This document shows, piece by piece, positions 62,771 to 64,000 of a stretch of DNA of 64,000 nucleotides. Source of the stretch: Bugula neritina. Lineage: Eukaryota > Animalia > Bryozoa. The notes beneath the pieces were generated by a model. That model worked only from the letters and a program-made list of their open reading frames with translations, did not search any database and had not been told where the DNA came from. Each line of letters opens with the position of its first letter. Position 1 is the stretch's first letter. Position numbers and translations under genes: made by a program. The DNA is taken from the NCBI GenBank assembly GCA_964035545.1, contig OZ037767.1:27978628-28042627 (forward strand). Reading direction: 5' to 3'.

Positions 62771-63564
62771 TTATACTTCACTTAAAGCTAAAAGTTAAAC
62801 TTAAAGACAAAGTTATTCACTCGTAACTCCAACTCCAACTGTCCAAGTCCAACTGTGAAACTTTTCTTTAATATTAATTAACTTTTTGAGAAAGAAAAAA
62901 GTTCCACAATTGTATAGTTTCCAATTCTATGTTTTGATTATTCACACATCCGATCTATTGAGTATAATATTAATAAACAGTAATAGCATAACATTAGCAG
63001 TAGCCTTAACTCTTACGGTCACTCTATGAGCAGAATCTCCGATTTAAAAACTTATTTGTTAACCGGAACTTACTATGCCAAAACACATAGTCCGCATATA
63101 CCATACACCCATATGTTGTTTGAAGTAAAGTATCGTATTTCGAAATTATTGCCAACAAAAAACGAAGACAACCCCAATTGATTAATTAATACAAAACTTG
63201 TGGGGAGATAATTCTTATGCAACGATATGAGTTCTAATCTACAGTAGATTATGCCAATTTAAACACATGCCCTAAAGTTGAAAGCCTGTTTAGAAATGTC
63301 ATAAATTTACTTGAAAACCTCCAGGGTTACATTTTATCATGCAAAATATAACATAAACTGTGTGCTAAATTTCAAGATAACCATTTTATTTAAAAAGCGA
63401 TGTCCTTTATACTGTAAAGCAAACAATAACAAATTGTCAGAATACATATCAGTGATTTCAAGAAACCTTTAAATGATTATATTTAAAACATTAAGCAAAA
63501 ATTTCAACCAGCTAGACAAATCAAAAAGTAATGTCAAGAAAGGCACTTCTATACAGAGCAAATG

Positions 63565-63708
63565 TTAGACAGAAGCCTCGCCACTTTCGCCTGAAGATGC
63601 TAATTTTTTAGTCTCTAACCGGCGTTTTACATTCCAATTGTATACTCTGGCCATGCTTACTTCTGTGGTAGTTGTCTGATCACGCAAGAATCCCAAATCT
63701 TCATCAAC
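63565..63708 (-). CDS. VBP1: Last coding exon of prefoldin subunit 3 (rest outside window)
   Basis: attgtag|VDEDLGFLRDQTTTTEVSMARVYNWNVKRRLETKKLASSGESGEASV-stop matches the PFDN3 C-terminal FLRDQxTTTEVxMARVYNWDVKRR. AATAAA on - strand at 63385-63390. Too short for the ORF track. Confidence 0.93.
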   Translation of the reverse strand, partial: VDEDLGFLRDQTTTTEVSMARVYNWNVKRRLETKKLASSGESGEASV

Positions 63709-64000
63709 CTACAATTTAAGAATGGAAACACAGCTATGACACAATAACTGGTACTAATAAGATATCCTTCAACCTCATATATTGTATTAACGGAACAGTG
63801 TCACTAGCTACTATTATACGACTCATTTTTCTCATACAGATATATTTGTGTTGTGTACAGGAGCTTGATAAAAATGGTGGTTAGCATAAATTCACTCAAA
63901 CCAGGATTCAACATTTTACAAAAATCAAACCCCTTTGCAATAGCAGTAAATACAAAATTTTCTTGTTAAGAAAATCTCCATTATTTTCCTGATGCTTTGA

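Noticed and set aside
63017-63390. Operon-like VBP1-HOOK arrangement
   Set aside because: The genes are co-oriented and close, but ~300 bp with a CpG-containing promoter-like patch separates them. There is no sequence evidence for trans-splicing.

Overview
AT-rich, intron-rich animal genomic DNA, probably a marine invertebrate (the taxon cannot be proven from sequence). I reconstructed genes by hand from splice sites and reading frames. In order: 3' end of a death-domain gene (+), a secreted chlorophyllase-like alpha/beta hydrolase (-), an orphan protein with an N-terminal anchor and 14 x 36-aa helical repeats (+), CDC5L (+, 17 exons, one GC-AG intron), a neurotrophin-like cystine-knot precursor (+), LRRC34 (+), two tandem SLC22 transporter paralogs (-), a small single-TM orphan ORF (+), a HOOK dynein adaptor (-), and the last exon of prefoldin 3/VBP1 (-). 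The best novel leads are: (1) an in-frame alternative last exon in HOOK intron 10 that swaps the conserved cargo-binding tail for an S/T-P-rich linker and a C-terminal transmembrane anchor; (2) the repeat protein, which combines a signal anchor, AKAP-like amphipathic helices and an FFAT-like tail; (3) an in-frame poly-Leu tail behind the TAG-CTA stop of the neurotrophin-like gene; (4) recurrent tandem duplication of splice sites at intron edges. All functional interpretations are inference and need RNA-seq and homology searches.
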